Shown piece after piece: positions 1 to 7,238 of a stretch of DNA of 25,779 nt (position 1 is its first letter; the number at the start of each line of letters is the position of its first letter). Under the pieces are notes generated by a model. The model saw nothing but the letters and a program-made list of their open reading frames with translations, made no database searches and had not been told where the DNA came from. Source of the stretch: a virus (taxonomy: Duplodnaviria; Caudoviricetes); IMG/VR virus record IMGVR_UViG_3300029925_000074, positions 1 through 25,779 of that record; one strand, written 5' to 3'. The position numbers were made by a program, and so were the translations under genes.

Positions 1-1
1 G

Positions 2-856
2 TTTCACTGTCAGACTATTGGTAGAGGTTTGCGTGTAATTTATGCACCTGGCATGCCGCTTGATACAACACCACAACGATTAGCGGCGATCGAAGCTACT
101 GTTAAAAAACATTGTTTAGTGCTTGATTTTGCGGGCAATACTGCCAGGTTGGGGCCAGTCAATGACATTAAAATAAAGCAAAAAGGGAAAAGAAAAGGCG
201 GCGGCCCGGTTGCTAAAATTTGCCCTAACTGTGATTTGATCTGCCATCCTGCCGCGAAATTTTGTGATGCATGCAACTGGGAATTTGAATTTAAAGAAAA
301 AATAGAGGCGATTGCGGAAGCAAAATTAGAGATCATTAGGAGAGCACAAGCAGAGCAATTGAAAACCCTGCAAGAGATAGAGATTGCTTCGCAGGATTCA
401 ACTGCGAAAAGTGAGTTGATCAGTTGGGTTAATGTAGAGACCGTTGAATACTCCCGTCACACAAAACGCGGCGGACACTCAATGATGAAAGTTATCTATA
501 ACACAGGACTCCTTTATTACTCTGAATATGTGACCATTGAGCACTCGGGGGGCGCCAAGCGCCGCGCGTTGCATTGGATAAGGTATCGACTACCAAAAGG
601 CATACCGATGCCGAGCAACCTAGATGATTTGTTACATTATGCAGAACAAGGCGTATTCAAAGAGCCGAGCGAAATCAAAATCGACAATTCATCCCGATAC
701 GTGCAAATCTTAGATGCTAAATTCGGGGAAAAGCAACCAGGGAATAAAAACCAGTCATTAAAAACGAAAAAAATGGGAATGATTAAAAACGCTCCCCCTC
801 CCCTGCCAGATTTGCCCGATTCCCCCGTTTTTATTGACGAAGATATCCCTTTTTAG
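2..856 (+). CDS. SF2 DEAD/DEAH-box helicase, RadD/YejH-like, C-terminal part (5' truncated by window edge)
   Basis: Frame is open from base 2 and reads FHCQTIGRGLR (helicase motif VI, QxxGRxxR), then CLVLDFAGNTARLG and a CxxC...CxxC zinc ribbon (KICPNC...FCDAC), as in RadD/YejH-type helicases. Ends in DEDIPF. Confidence 0.88.
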   Translation, partial: FHCQTIGRGLRVIYAPGMPLDTTPQRLAAIEATVKKHCLVLDFAGNTARLGPVNDIKIKQKGKRKGGGPVAKICPNCDLICHPAAKFCDACNWEFEFKEKIEAIAEAKLEIIRRAQAEQLKTLQEIEIASQDSTAKSELISWVNVETVEYSRHTKRGGHSMMKVIYNTGLLYYSEYVTIEHSGGAKRRALHWIRYRLPKGIPMPSNLDDLLHYAEQGVFKEPSEIKIDNSSRYVQILDAKFGEKQPGNKNQSLKTKKMGMIKNAPPPLPDLPDSPVFIDEDIPF

Positions 857-860
857 TCGT

Positions 861-1082
861 TTATCGAGACCGGGCGACAATTACATCCATAGTTCCGTCT
901 GTATATGTAATTTTCAGCTCGTTCTTAGCATTGATGCAAGCTGATTTACGACCAAATATAGTCGCATGGTCTTTCAAAAATATTTTTAATGCCACTTTGG
1001 AACTAGAAGCTGTAATTATTTCATTCAACATCCAGTCGCCGGATTTATTTATTATCGTATATTGGCTTTTTATCATTTTCAC
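861..1082 (-). CDS. hypothetical protein (73 aa)
   Basis: ORF with AGGAG RBS upstream on the - strand (ctcct at about 1087-1091); converges on the helicase stop. Confidence 0.6.
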   Translation of the reverse strand: MKMIKSQYTIINKSGDWMLNEIITASSSKVALKIFLKDHATIFGRKSACINAKNELKITYTDGTMDVIVARSR

Positions 1083-1182
1083 AATTCTCCTTTTGTGTCG
1101 GGTTAATCAACTTCGTTGATTATAATTTTAAAAATCAAAGAAGTCTAGCTATTTTAAATATATATCAGAAAAATATAAGCGT

Positions 1183-1217
1183 AAAAGTCTATAAAAGTTG
1201 TGTTTTTATAGACTTTT
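1183..1217. promoter_or_regulatory. 14-bp inverted repeat in the AT-rich divergent intergenic region
   Basis: AAAAGTCTATAAAA (1183-1196), 7-nt spacer, TTTTATAGACTTTT (1204-1217). Confidence 0.5.
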
Positions 1218-1336
1218 TTAAAAAATAGCGTATTATTTTTAAACGTAGATATGAAATATATTTGCGAACTTTACCTAGGTTTTTCAAAGTTTTGATTGAA
1301 AAGCCCCTTTACTTAATTTTTAGAGTGACAACTTTA

Positions 1337-1888
1337 ATGAAAAACACCATGACTAAAAACTCGGCACAATCCCAGTCATTAAACGAAACAACAGCAACAA
1401 AAGACGTAGAAACCGCCAGAAAAATCCTGGCTCAAGCTGAATTAGCCGCGCTCAGCATCCGAATCGTAAATGCAAAAGATGAACTAGCAGCGGCTAAAAA
1501 AGTCATTGAGCTTGCGCGTGAGAGAGTCGCAGCAGCTAAAAAAATCATTAAATTAGGCAATGCACCCTCTGCGCTAGCTGTCTCAACAACCGAAAAACTC
1601 GGTAGAGGCAGACCTCCACAAAATTACGAACTGCATTTTAAGCAAAACGAAATGAAAGTAATCGCAAAAACAATCCACAAGGAATCAAACCGGGATAACG
1701 ATCTCGAGCAACGATTCCGTGATGCTGCCGACGACGAAATCATCATATTAAACACGACGCGTGTTAAGCATCTTATAGCTTGTTTACGCGCGGGAGCTAA
1801 TACGATTGAAAAAAAGTCGTTCAGATCAGAAAAAAATAACACTGAATTAAAAGTCATCGAACACGCGCTGAGAATCGCGCAATCGTAA
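1337..1888 (+). CDS. hypothetical basic protein with N-terminal coiled coil and GRGRPP (AT-hook-like) motif
   Basis: ORF track gives 1262 (TTG); ATG at 1337 or 1349 is more likely. Ala/Lys/Glu helical segment followed by KLGRGRPP. Confidence 0.7.
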   Translation: MKNTMTKNSAQSQSLNETTATKDVETARKILAQAELAALSIRIVNAKDELAAAKKVIELARERVAAAKKIIKLGNAPSALAVSTTEKLGRGRPPQNYELHFKQNEMKVIAKTIHKESNRDNDLEQRFRDAADDEIIILNTTRVKHLIACLRAGANTIEKKSFRSEKNNTELKVIEHALRIAQS

Positions 1889-1959
1889 AAAATTAGTTAA
1901 AAACGGAAATATTTTCACAACAAAAAGGGAAATTTTTTAAATAATGCAAGTAAATTTTG

Positions 1960-1987
1960 TTGAGAGGGTTTACATTAACCCTCTCAA
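1960..1987. promoter_or_regulatory. 11-bp inverted repeat (operator or hairpin) upstream of the 2028 ORF
   Basis: TTGAGAGGGTT-tacatt-AACCCTCTCAA. Confidence 0.5.
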
Positions 1988-2027
1988 TTTGTATTCTAAA
2001 ATTTAAAATTTATTAAAAAGGGAAAAT

Positions 2028-2240
2028 ATGTCGTCAAAATATGTTGATATAAAAGTAGCGTTGGTGAGTATTAATGATCCGAGTATGTTAGAAAAAGTAA
2101 AATTTGCACTAGAAATCAACGGAGTACCTACCTACAGAATTGCGGAATTTAAAGAACAGATGAGAAAAAGCCACGATAGTCTACTGACATGTAGCGAGTG
2201 GGTACATCTAACAATTAAAAGCTGTATCGATAAAATATAA
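2028..2240 (+). CDS. hypothetical protein (70 aa)
   Basis: ATG with AAGGGA RBS; co-oriented with neighbours. Confidence 0.7.
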   Translation: MSSKYVDIKVALVSINDPSMLEKVKFALEINGVPTYRIAEFKEQMRKSHDSLLTCSEWVHLTIKSCIDKI

Positions 2241-2263
2241 AGATTACAAAAATAGGGGAATTT

Positions 2264-3436
2264 GTGAAAAAGATAAAATGTAAGGATACAACAACCGTCG
2301 AAATAAATAAATATCAAATCAGAATCATGTTAGATAGATTGGGAATCTCTTTTGATGTTCAATCGAACAATGAAACGCAAAATAAAATGAAGCTTGCGGA
2401 AATGAAAGTATCGCATCCGAGCGAATATCAAGGAGCATATGATTTAATCATCATGAAGAATAATCCTTATGCCTCGCCATCGAACACTGCTTATTATATC
2501 AATATGGCAAGGATGGTTGACGAAAAATTCGTCGATGTTAAAGCCGATGTTAATGTTTATGTGGAGACTATGAAAGATGAAATAGCGGCAGAAATGAGTG
2601 ATTTAGGCTCGGAAATTTGGCAAACTTTGTCAGAAGCCATTAAAGATGAAATTAAAGTTGCTGCACGATCTGTTATCCGTCCAGATCGACCCCCCGATAT
2701 CAGTAAATCATTCGAAATTGAAAAGATTCCCACACCTGCAACGCTTAGTCCTCTGTCAAGCGTTCAATCACACACCACGGTCGATCACGAAGCCTATGCG
2801 ACCATCCTGGCGCTATCCAAGCAACGTAAAAATATCCTATTGTATGGCCCGTCAGGCTGCGGAAAAGCGCATGCGGCTCGCCAGATTTCGCTAGCGCTCG
2901 AATTGCCGTATTCATATCAAAAATGTACTCAAAATCTGACTGAATCCGTGTTTACAGCGGGCGAATTCATCAAAATTTACAAAAACGGGGGTGTATTTTT
3001 GATCAGCGAGATTGATTCTAACCCTGCTATTCTCACGTTCATTAATCACGCGATTTTGGGTGATAATTTCATTTTACCGGGGCAGCATGACGACCCGATG
3101 ATTACCAAACACAAAGATTTTATTTGTATCGCTACAGCAAGGTCGTTGAATGAATTTAATGAAGGTAATATCGAGGCGTTTAGAGTTGGTATCGTGCCAA
3201 TGGATTACAGTCAAGAAGTAGAAGAATTGTTAGTCGATTGCCGGGTCTTAGAGTGGGGTCGAAATATACGAAATGAAATTACGAGAAACAAATTAAGTAG
3301 GACTCTGACGACTAAATTTATGATTGATGCTAGCGACATGATGCGCTCTGAGGAATGGACTAACGACATGATACGAAATTCATATTTTGCAGACTGGTCA
3401 GCCAGTGAACGCAAGCAAATCGGATATAATGCATGA
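2264..3436 (+). CDS. AAA+ ATPase-fold protein, MoxR/CbbQ/CobS-like, with degenerate catalytic motifs
   Basis: NILLYGPSGCGKA (Walker A), YKNGGVFLISEID (Walker B region), KHKDFICIATA and PMDYSQEVE, typical of phage CobS/MoxR-like AAA proteins. Confidence 0.8.
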   Translation: MKKIKCKDTTTVEINKYQIRIMLDRLGISFDVQSNNETQNKMKLAEMKVSHPSEYQGAYDLIIMKNNPYASPSNTAYYINMARMVDEKFVDVKADVNVYVETMKDEIAAEMSDLGSEIWQTLSEAIKDEIKVAARSVIRPDRPPDISKSFEIEKIPTPATLSPLSSVQSHTTVDHEAYATILALSKQRKNILLYGPSGCGKAHAARQISLALELPYSYQKCTQNLTESVFTAGEFIKIYKNGGVFLISEIDSNPAILTFINHAILGDNFILPGQHDDPMITKHKDFICIATARSLNEFNEGNIEAFRVGIVPMDYSQEVEELLVDCRVLEWGRNIRNEITRNKLSRTLTTKFMIDASDMMRSEEWTNDMIRNSYFADWSASERKQIGYNA

Positions 3437-3597
3437 GTAGGAAGCACAAGAAAAAGCGCGACAATAACAAAGCAAAGAATGATCGCCATTGGGTTAGAAA
3501 TGGTAAATCAGGAAAATCAGACAAAAAAATTAATAATCGAAAACAACGAAAAGAGGTGAAAAGTGAAACAGATAAAAGGATTGAAGACGACGATTAA
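3433..3597 (+). CDS. small, very basic hypothetical protein (54 aa), absent from the ORF track
   Basis: ATGA overlap with the AAA stop; reads MSRKHKKKRDNNKAKNDRHWVRNGKSGKSDKKINNRKQRKEVKSETDKRIEDDD*; fills the gap to the next gene. Confidence 0.55.
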   Translation: MSRKHKKKRDNNKAKNDRHWVRNGKSGKSDKKINNRKQRKEVKSETDKRIEDDD

Positions 3598-3787
3598 TAA
3601 AATTCCATTGAACCAAAAGTTAGAATCTTTAATCAGCATACGACATGCGTTATGTCGATTAGGATTTGACATTACAATGGAAGCAAAAATAGAAACATTA
3701 AACAGTTCTATTGCGATAGATTTAGATCGCATGATTATGGAAATACGAAATGAAATTGAATCGAATGAAAGCGAGGCAATAAATTGA
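3563..3787 (+). CDS. hypothetical protein (74 aa)
   Basis: GTG start with GAGGTG RBS; part of a tightly packed run of genes. Confidence 0.6.
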   Translation: MKQIKGLKTTINKIPLNQKLESLISIRHALCRLGFDITMEAKIETLNSSIAIDLDRMIMEIRNEIESNESEAIN

Positions 3788-4293
3788 TCATAGGGCGCAT
3801 AATGATGTTAATTGAATTGCTCGAATCAATAGTTTCTAACAATTTCAACATCAACGAATGGGCAAGCGAAGAAATCACATCAACAAAAACTAGACATACT
3901 ATTGATAATGATCTTTTCAAAGAACGAGCAAAACAAGGGGCTTTATGCAATACCGCCGCTTGTGTTGCTGGATGGTCAACTGTGTTACCTGGATTTCCGT
4001 TAGTTGTAGAATATACGCCAACCGGAACAGATAATAAATTTTTTGGTTATCAAGAGGCTTTTACTACATATTTTGACGTATCTAACAGTGTTTTTATAGG
4101 TATTTGTGTGCCTCTCAAAAACAAAAAATTAGGTCATTATTATTATCCTGACAGGATAACGCTTGAGGGTAAAGTTAGAGATTCTGATAATCGTTTCACT
4201 ACCATAAAAATTGAGGATGCTATTATGGCTCTTAAAATTGCAATAAAAGACGATAAAAAAAAGGGGAAACAAGTATCAATCGATGAAATTTAA
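3784..4293 (+). CDS. phage hypothetical protein with CNTAACVAGW motif
   Basis: Overlaps the previous stop; CxTxACxAGW resembles a motif recurrent in phage hypotheticals. Confidence 0.7.
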   Translation: MIIGRIMMLIELLESIVSNNFNINEWASEEITSTKTRHTIDNDLFKERAKQGALCNTAACVAGWSTVLPGFPLVVEYTPTGTDNKFFGYQEAFTTYFDVSNSVFIGICVPLKNKKLGHYYYPDRITLEGKVRDSDNRFTTIKIEDAIMALKIAIKDDKKKGKQVSIDEI

Positions 4294-4370
4294 TATCACA
4301 GTTGCCAATTCTAACCAGTTGGATTCTGGATGTTAATTTTTAACATCACAATAACTAGGAGAACTAATTA

Positions 4371-4691
4371 ATGCCGAATACACATCTACATCAAATTAAG
4401 CTGGATAGGTTTCAACGTACAGCGGCAAAGTCAGCAATCAAAGATGGTAAGTTAAAAATCGAAGACCCAAACGATCCTCGTAGTATGTTATATGCAGGTT
4501 TGTTAGACAAACTCGCGGTTAGAGGCGGGTTAACTTTCACTGGCGCAGAAATAACGATATTGCGAAAAACAGTGAAAAGCAAAATAAACCTCGAAAGAAA
4601 AAACTTAGCAAAAGTCCACCCGATCACGGACAAAACAGCGAAAAAAGTCAACACTATCGTTGATCTTTCGCTGGCTATCGGAGGAGTTTGA
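4371..4691 (+). CDS. hypothetical basic protein (106 aa)
   Basis: AGGAGA RBS, ATG start, followed by a terminator-like hairpin. Confidence 0.75.
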   Translation: MPNTHLHQIKLDRFQRTAAKSAIKDGKLKIEDPNDPRSMLYAGLLDKLAVRGGLTFTGAEITILRKTVKSKINLERKNLAKVHPITDKTAKKVNTIVDLSLAIGGV

Positions 4692-4700
4692 TATCACCTT

Positions 4701-4749
4701 AAAAATGAAAAAGCCGCATTAGAAAAAAGAAAGCGGCTTTTCATTTTTT
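4701..4749. terminator. probable bidirectional intrinsic terminator
   Basis: AAAAATGAAAAAGCCGC ... GCGGCTTTTCATTTTT stem (one bulge) with A/T tracts, just after the 4691 stop. Confidence 0.7.
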
Positions 4750-4815
4750 AAGTAATGGGAAACAGGGAGCGATTTATCGAAGTTATATAAAAATTTTCAA
4801 TTGGAGAAAAATTAT

Positions 4816-5199
4816 ATGAAAGGGAATATTCCAGGGGATAGAAAACAAGTTGTCGATTGCCATTATTGTTCTAATCCCACCACAAGAGTTTTGCAAAGTT
4901 GTTGTGAGTCTTGTTTTCAAATTGTTATGAGAATAAAAAACACGGGTATTAAAGCTATAACAAGAATGATTCAGGATATTTTTGATAAAAATGCTCAAAG
5001 ATATCTCTTCATCGCGATTGGACTAGATAACGATGATTTTCGAATCGATGCTAGAAAAAGTGATGTGTTGTCAGTTTATCGAGAAGGTTTTGAAACTGGC
5101 GATGGTGCGGAACATTCGTTTATTCATTGTTGGGAACGATCGCGATCAAAGAAATTAGCCGATAAGTTGTCACGCGATTATGAGGTCTCGAATGGCTAA
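4816..5199 (+). CDS. hypothetical protein with N-terminal zinc-finger-like CxxC...CxxC
   Basis: GGAG at 4803-4806 precedes ATG 4816; CHYC...CESC. Confidence 0.7.
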   Translation: MKGNIPGDRKQVVDCHYCSNPTTRVLQSCCESCFQIVMRIKNTGIKAITRMIQDIFDKNAQRYLFIAIGLDNDDFRIDARKSDVLSVYREGFETGDGAEHSFIHCWERSRSKKLADKLSRDYEVSNG

Positions 5200-5473
5200 A
5201 AAACACAAGGAGTTTGTGATGTTTAATAAAAATGGTTTAGCGATAGGAATTATAAGAGCATATAATAAAAACCATGCTTTAAAAATCGCTCAAAAGGAAT
5301 ATAAACCAGAAAATTATGCAGGCGGTTTTAAATATTTAGATCTCTCAGAAAATCTTAGATTAAATCGAGGTCAGATAAAAAGGCCGGTAATTTATAAAAA
5401 ATTGAGATTAATTAAATGTGGAGGACATAAGAAAATTTTCAGCAAAAATTCGTTTTTATTTAGAGTTAAATAA
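5192..5473 (+). CDS. hypothetical basic protein
   Basis: GAGGT RBS before ATG 5192 (ORF track start 5180). Confidence 0.6.
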   Translation: MAKKHKEFVMFNKNGLAIGIIRAYNKNHALKIAQKEYKPENYAGGFKYLDLSENLRLNRGQIKRPVIYKKLRLIKCGGHKKIFSKNSFLFRVK

Positions 5474-5579
5474 TTTTCAAAAACGAATTTTTGTGCTATA
5501 TCTTTTCTAATTTATTTAAGCTAGATTCGTTTCCCCTTTCTCATCTTCTCAGTTTGAGATGAGAAAGGGGGGTGAATCT
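5443..5579. promoter_or_regulatory. two long inverted repeats at the start of a non-coding gap
   Basis: CAAAAATTCGTTTTT (5443-5457) / AAAAACGAATTTTTG (5479-5493); CCCCTTTCTCATCT (5533-5546) / AGATGAGAAAGGGG (5557-5570), extended by AGATTC / GAATCT. Confidence 0.55.
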
Positions 5580-5698
5580 GAAGTATGCTCGATAAACAAA
5601 GGAGAATCTATATCAAAGGACAATGCAGAAACGACGGTTTTTTGACAACAGAATCGTGGTTCCTGTGTTGATCGCAGGCGTCAATTCAACGGATTTGA

Positions 5699-6619
5699 TT
5701 GACCTCTTTAATTTCTGAAATGAAATTAAATAAACTGGGAGAGAAAAAAGCAATTATGCATTATCTCATCAATGAGAAACTAATCGCTTTAAAGTGTGGC
5801 GTTGTGGAAGCGGACAAAAGCGCAGACGAATTTATATATGATACTAGCGCACCCGATAGTTTCGGACACAATGTTGCTACGATGAGGGGAATCGCGATTC
5901 AAAATGGGATTATTATTCCTGACAACTTAAGAAAATCCAAAGACATAGCTAGTCGCCTAGCGACTGAACTTATCAAACTTAAATTACCGGTTGAGGCAGA
6001 AATGACTGAAGAAAGCAGTAAAACAGAACGAGAATTGGCTCTGGAAACCGTACTTGATGGTATCGACAAGGGTTTATGTGACGAAGATATCATGTGCAAC
6101 ATGCTCAACGAAAAACTTACTTTTTTGCAAGTGCCCAAACTTTTCAAATCGATCATGGAAGAACAAGGCCATCGTATAACATCGAAAGATCGCGTCGAAA
6201 AAATCTATGCGATTTTGAAAAAAATGAAATTCAAACCAATAAACAAAGGTTGGCCAACCGTACAAAGAGCGTTGTTGAAAATCATCGGCGGTAAAAATGA
6301 AGACGGTGATGAAATTTCCGCTACTGTGCCAGATACGTCGGAAAAACAAGCCATTAATGTAATGAAAAAATTCTGTAAAGAGGCAGAATTAGCTTTTCCT
6401 AAGGCGCCTAGATCAGCGGCGAAAGGGAAAAGCCGTGTTTATGAATTCATGATCAATAACCCTGGCGCTACAAAAGAAGAGTTTTCTACATTTATGTTCG
6501 AGCTGAACAAAAACGAAAAAACAATTGATCGTTTTTGGGAATTTTTTCAGGTAGCAGTACAAATGGCGGAAAATTTGAACGGCCCTGCCGCATCCGCAAA
6601 AGAAGCCGCAACAACTTAA
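5699..6619 (+). CDS. hypothetical protein (up to 306 aa); true start uncertain (5756 or 6002 possible)
   Basis: Long ORF ending before a strong terminator; no family recognised. Confidence 0.75.
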   Translation: MTSLISEMKLNKLGEKKAIMHYLINEKLIALKCGVVEADKSADEFIYDTSAPDSFGHNVATMRGIAIQNGIIIPDNLRKSKDIASRLATELIKLKLPVEAEMTEESSKTERELALETVLDGIDKGLCDEDIMCNMLNEKLTFLQVPKLFKSIMEEQGHRITSKDRVEKIYAILKKMKFKPINKGWPTVQRALLKIIGGKNEDGDEISATVPDTSEKQAINVMKKFCKEAELAFPKAPRSAAKGKSRVYEFMINNPGATKEEFSTFMFELNKNEKTIDRFWEFFQVAVQMAENLNGPAASAKEAATT

Positions 6620-6631
6620 CCTTCCCTGGTT

Positions 6632-6676
6632 AAAAAAAAAGATAACCTAACAATAATAGGTTAGGTTATCTTTTTT
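6632..6676. terminator. bidirectional intrinsic terminator
   Basis: A-tract + GATAACCTAAC, 8-nt loop, GTTAGGTTATC + T-tract. Confidence 0.8.
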
Positions 6677-6692
6677 CTCTATACATAATAGA

Positions 6693-7238
6693 ATGCTTTT
6701 TATGATCGCTTTTGATACTGAAACAACCGGCCTAATTAAACCCGATGCTATCAATCTAAAATTACAGCCGTACATGATTGAAATTTGTGCAATCAAATTC
6801 GACAAAAATGGGGGAATATACGGCAGATTCAACTCGCTAGTAAAATCACCTTTTCCTCTACCGGAGCTAATATCAAAACTTACTAATATCTATGATCATG
6901 ATCTAGTCAACGCACCAACATTTATTCAAATTTATGATGAACTTTGCGACTTTTTTCTGGGTGAAAAAATGATTTTTGCGCACAATTGCGCGTTCGATAT
7001 CGGAATATTGAAACATGAATTAATGAGAATTGACAAGCTGCTCAATTTTCCCTGGCCGCAAAAACACGTCTGTACGGTCGAGAAAAGCTTGGCAATTAAC
7101 AACAAAAGACTAAAACTTGGGGCTCTGCACGAGATCGCAACCGGGAAATCCATCATAATCAATGCCCATAGGGCGGAGGCGGACGTTTTGGCCCTGATTG
7201 ACTGCATCATATGGATGAAAGGCAACGGCCTTCTGTGA
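6693..7238 (+). CDS. dnaQ: DEDDh 3'-5' exonuclease, DNA polymerase III epsilon-like
   Basis: ExoI FDTETTG, ExoII AHNCAFD, ExoIII AHRAEAD; directly upstream of the DnaE-like gene. Confidence 0.93.
   Translation: MLFMIAFDTETTGLIKPDAINLKLQPYMIEICAIKFDKNGGIYGRFNSLVKSPFPLPELISKLTNIYDHDLVNAPTFIQIYDELCDFFLGEKMIFAHNCAFDIGILKHELMRIDKLLNFPWPQKHVCTVEKSLAINNKRLKLGALHEIATGKSIIINAHRAEADVLALIDCIIWMKGNGLL

Noticed and set aside
751-1387. Short direct match CCAGTCATTAAA near 751 and 1372
   Set aside because: About 12 bp inside two coding regions of an AT-rich genome; plausibly chance.
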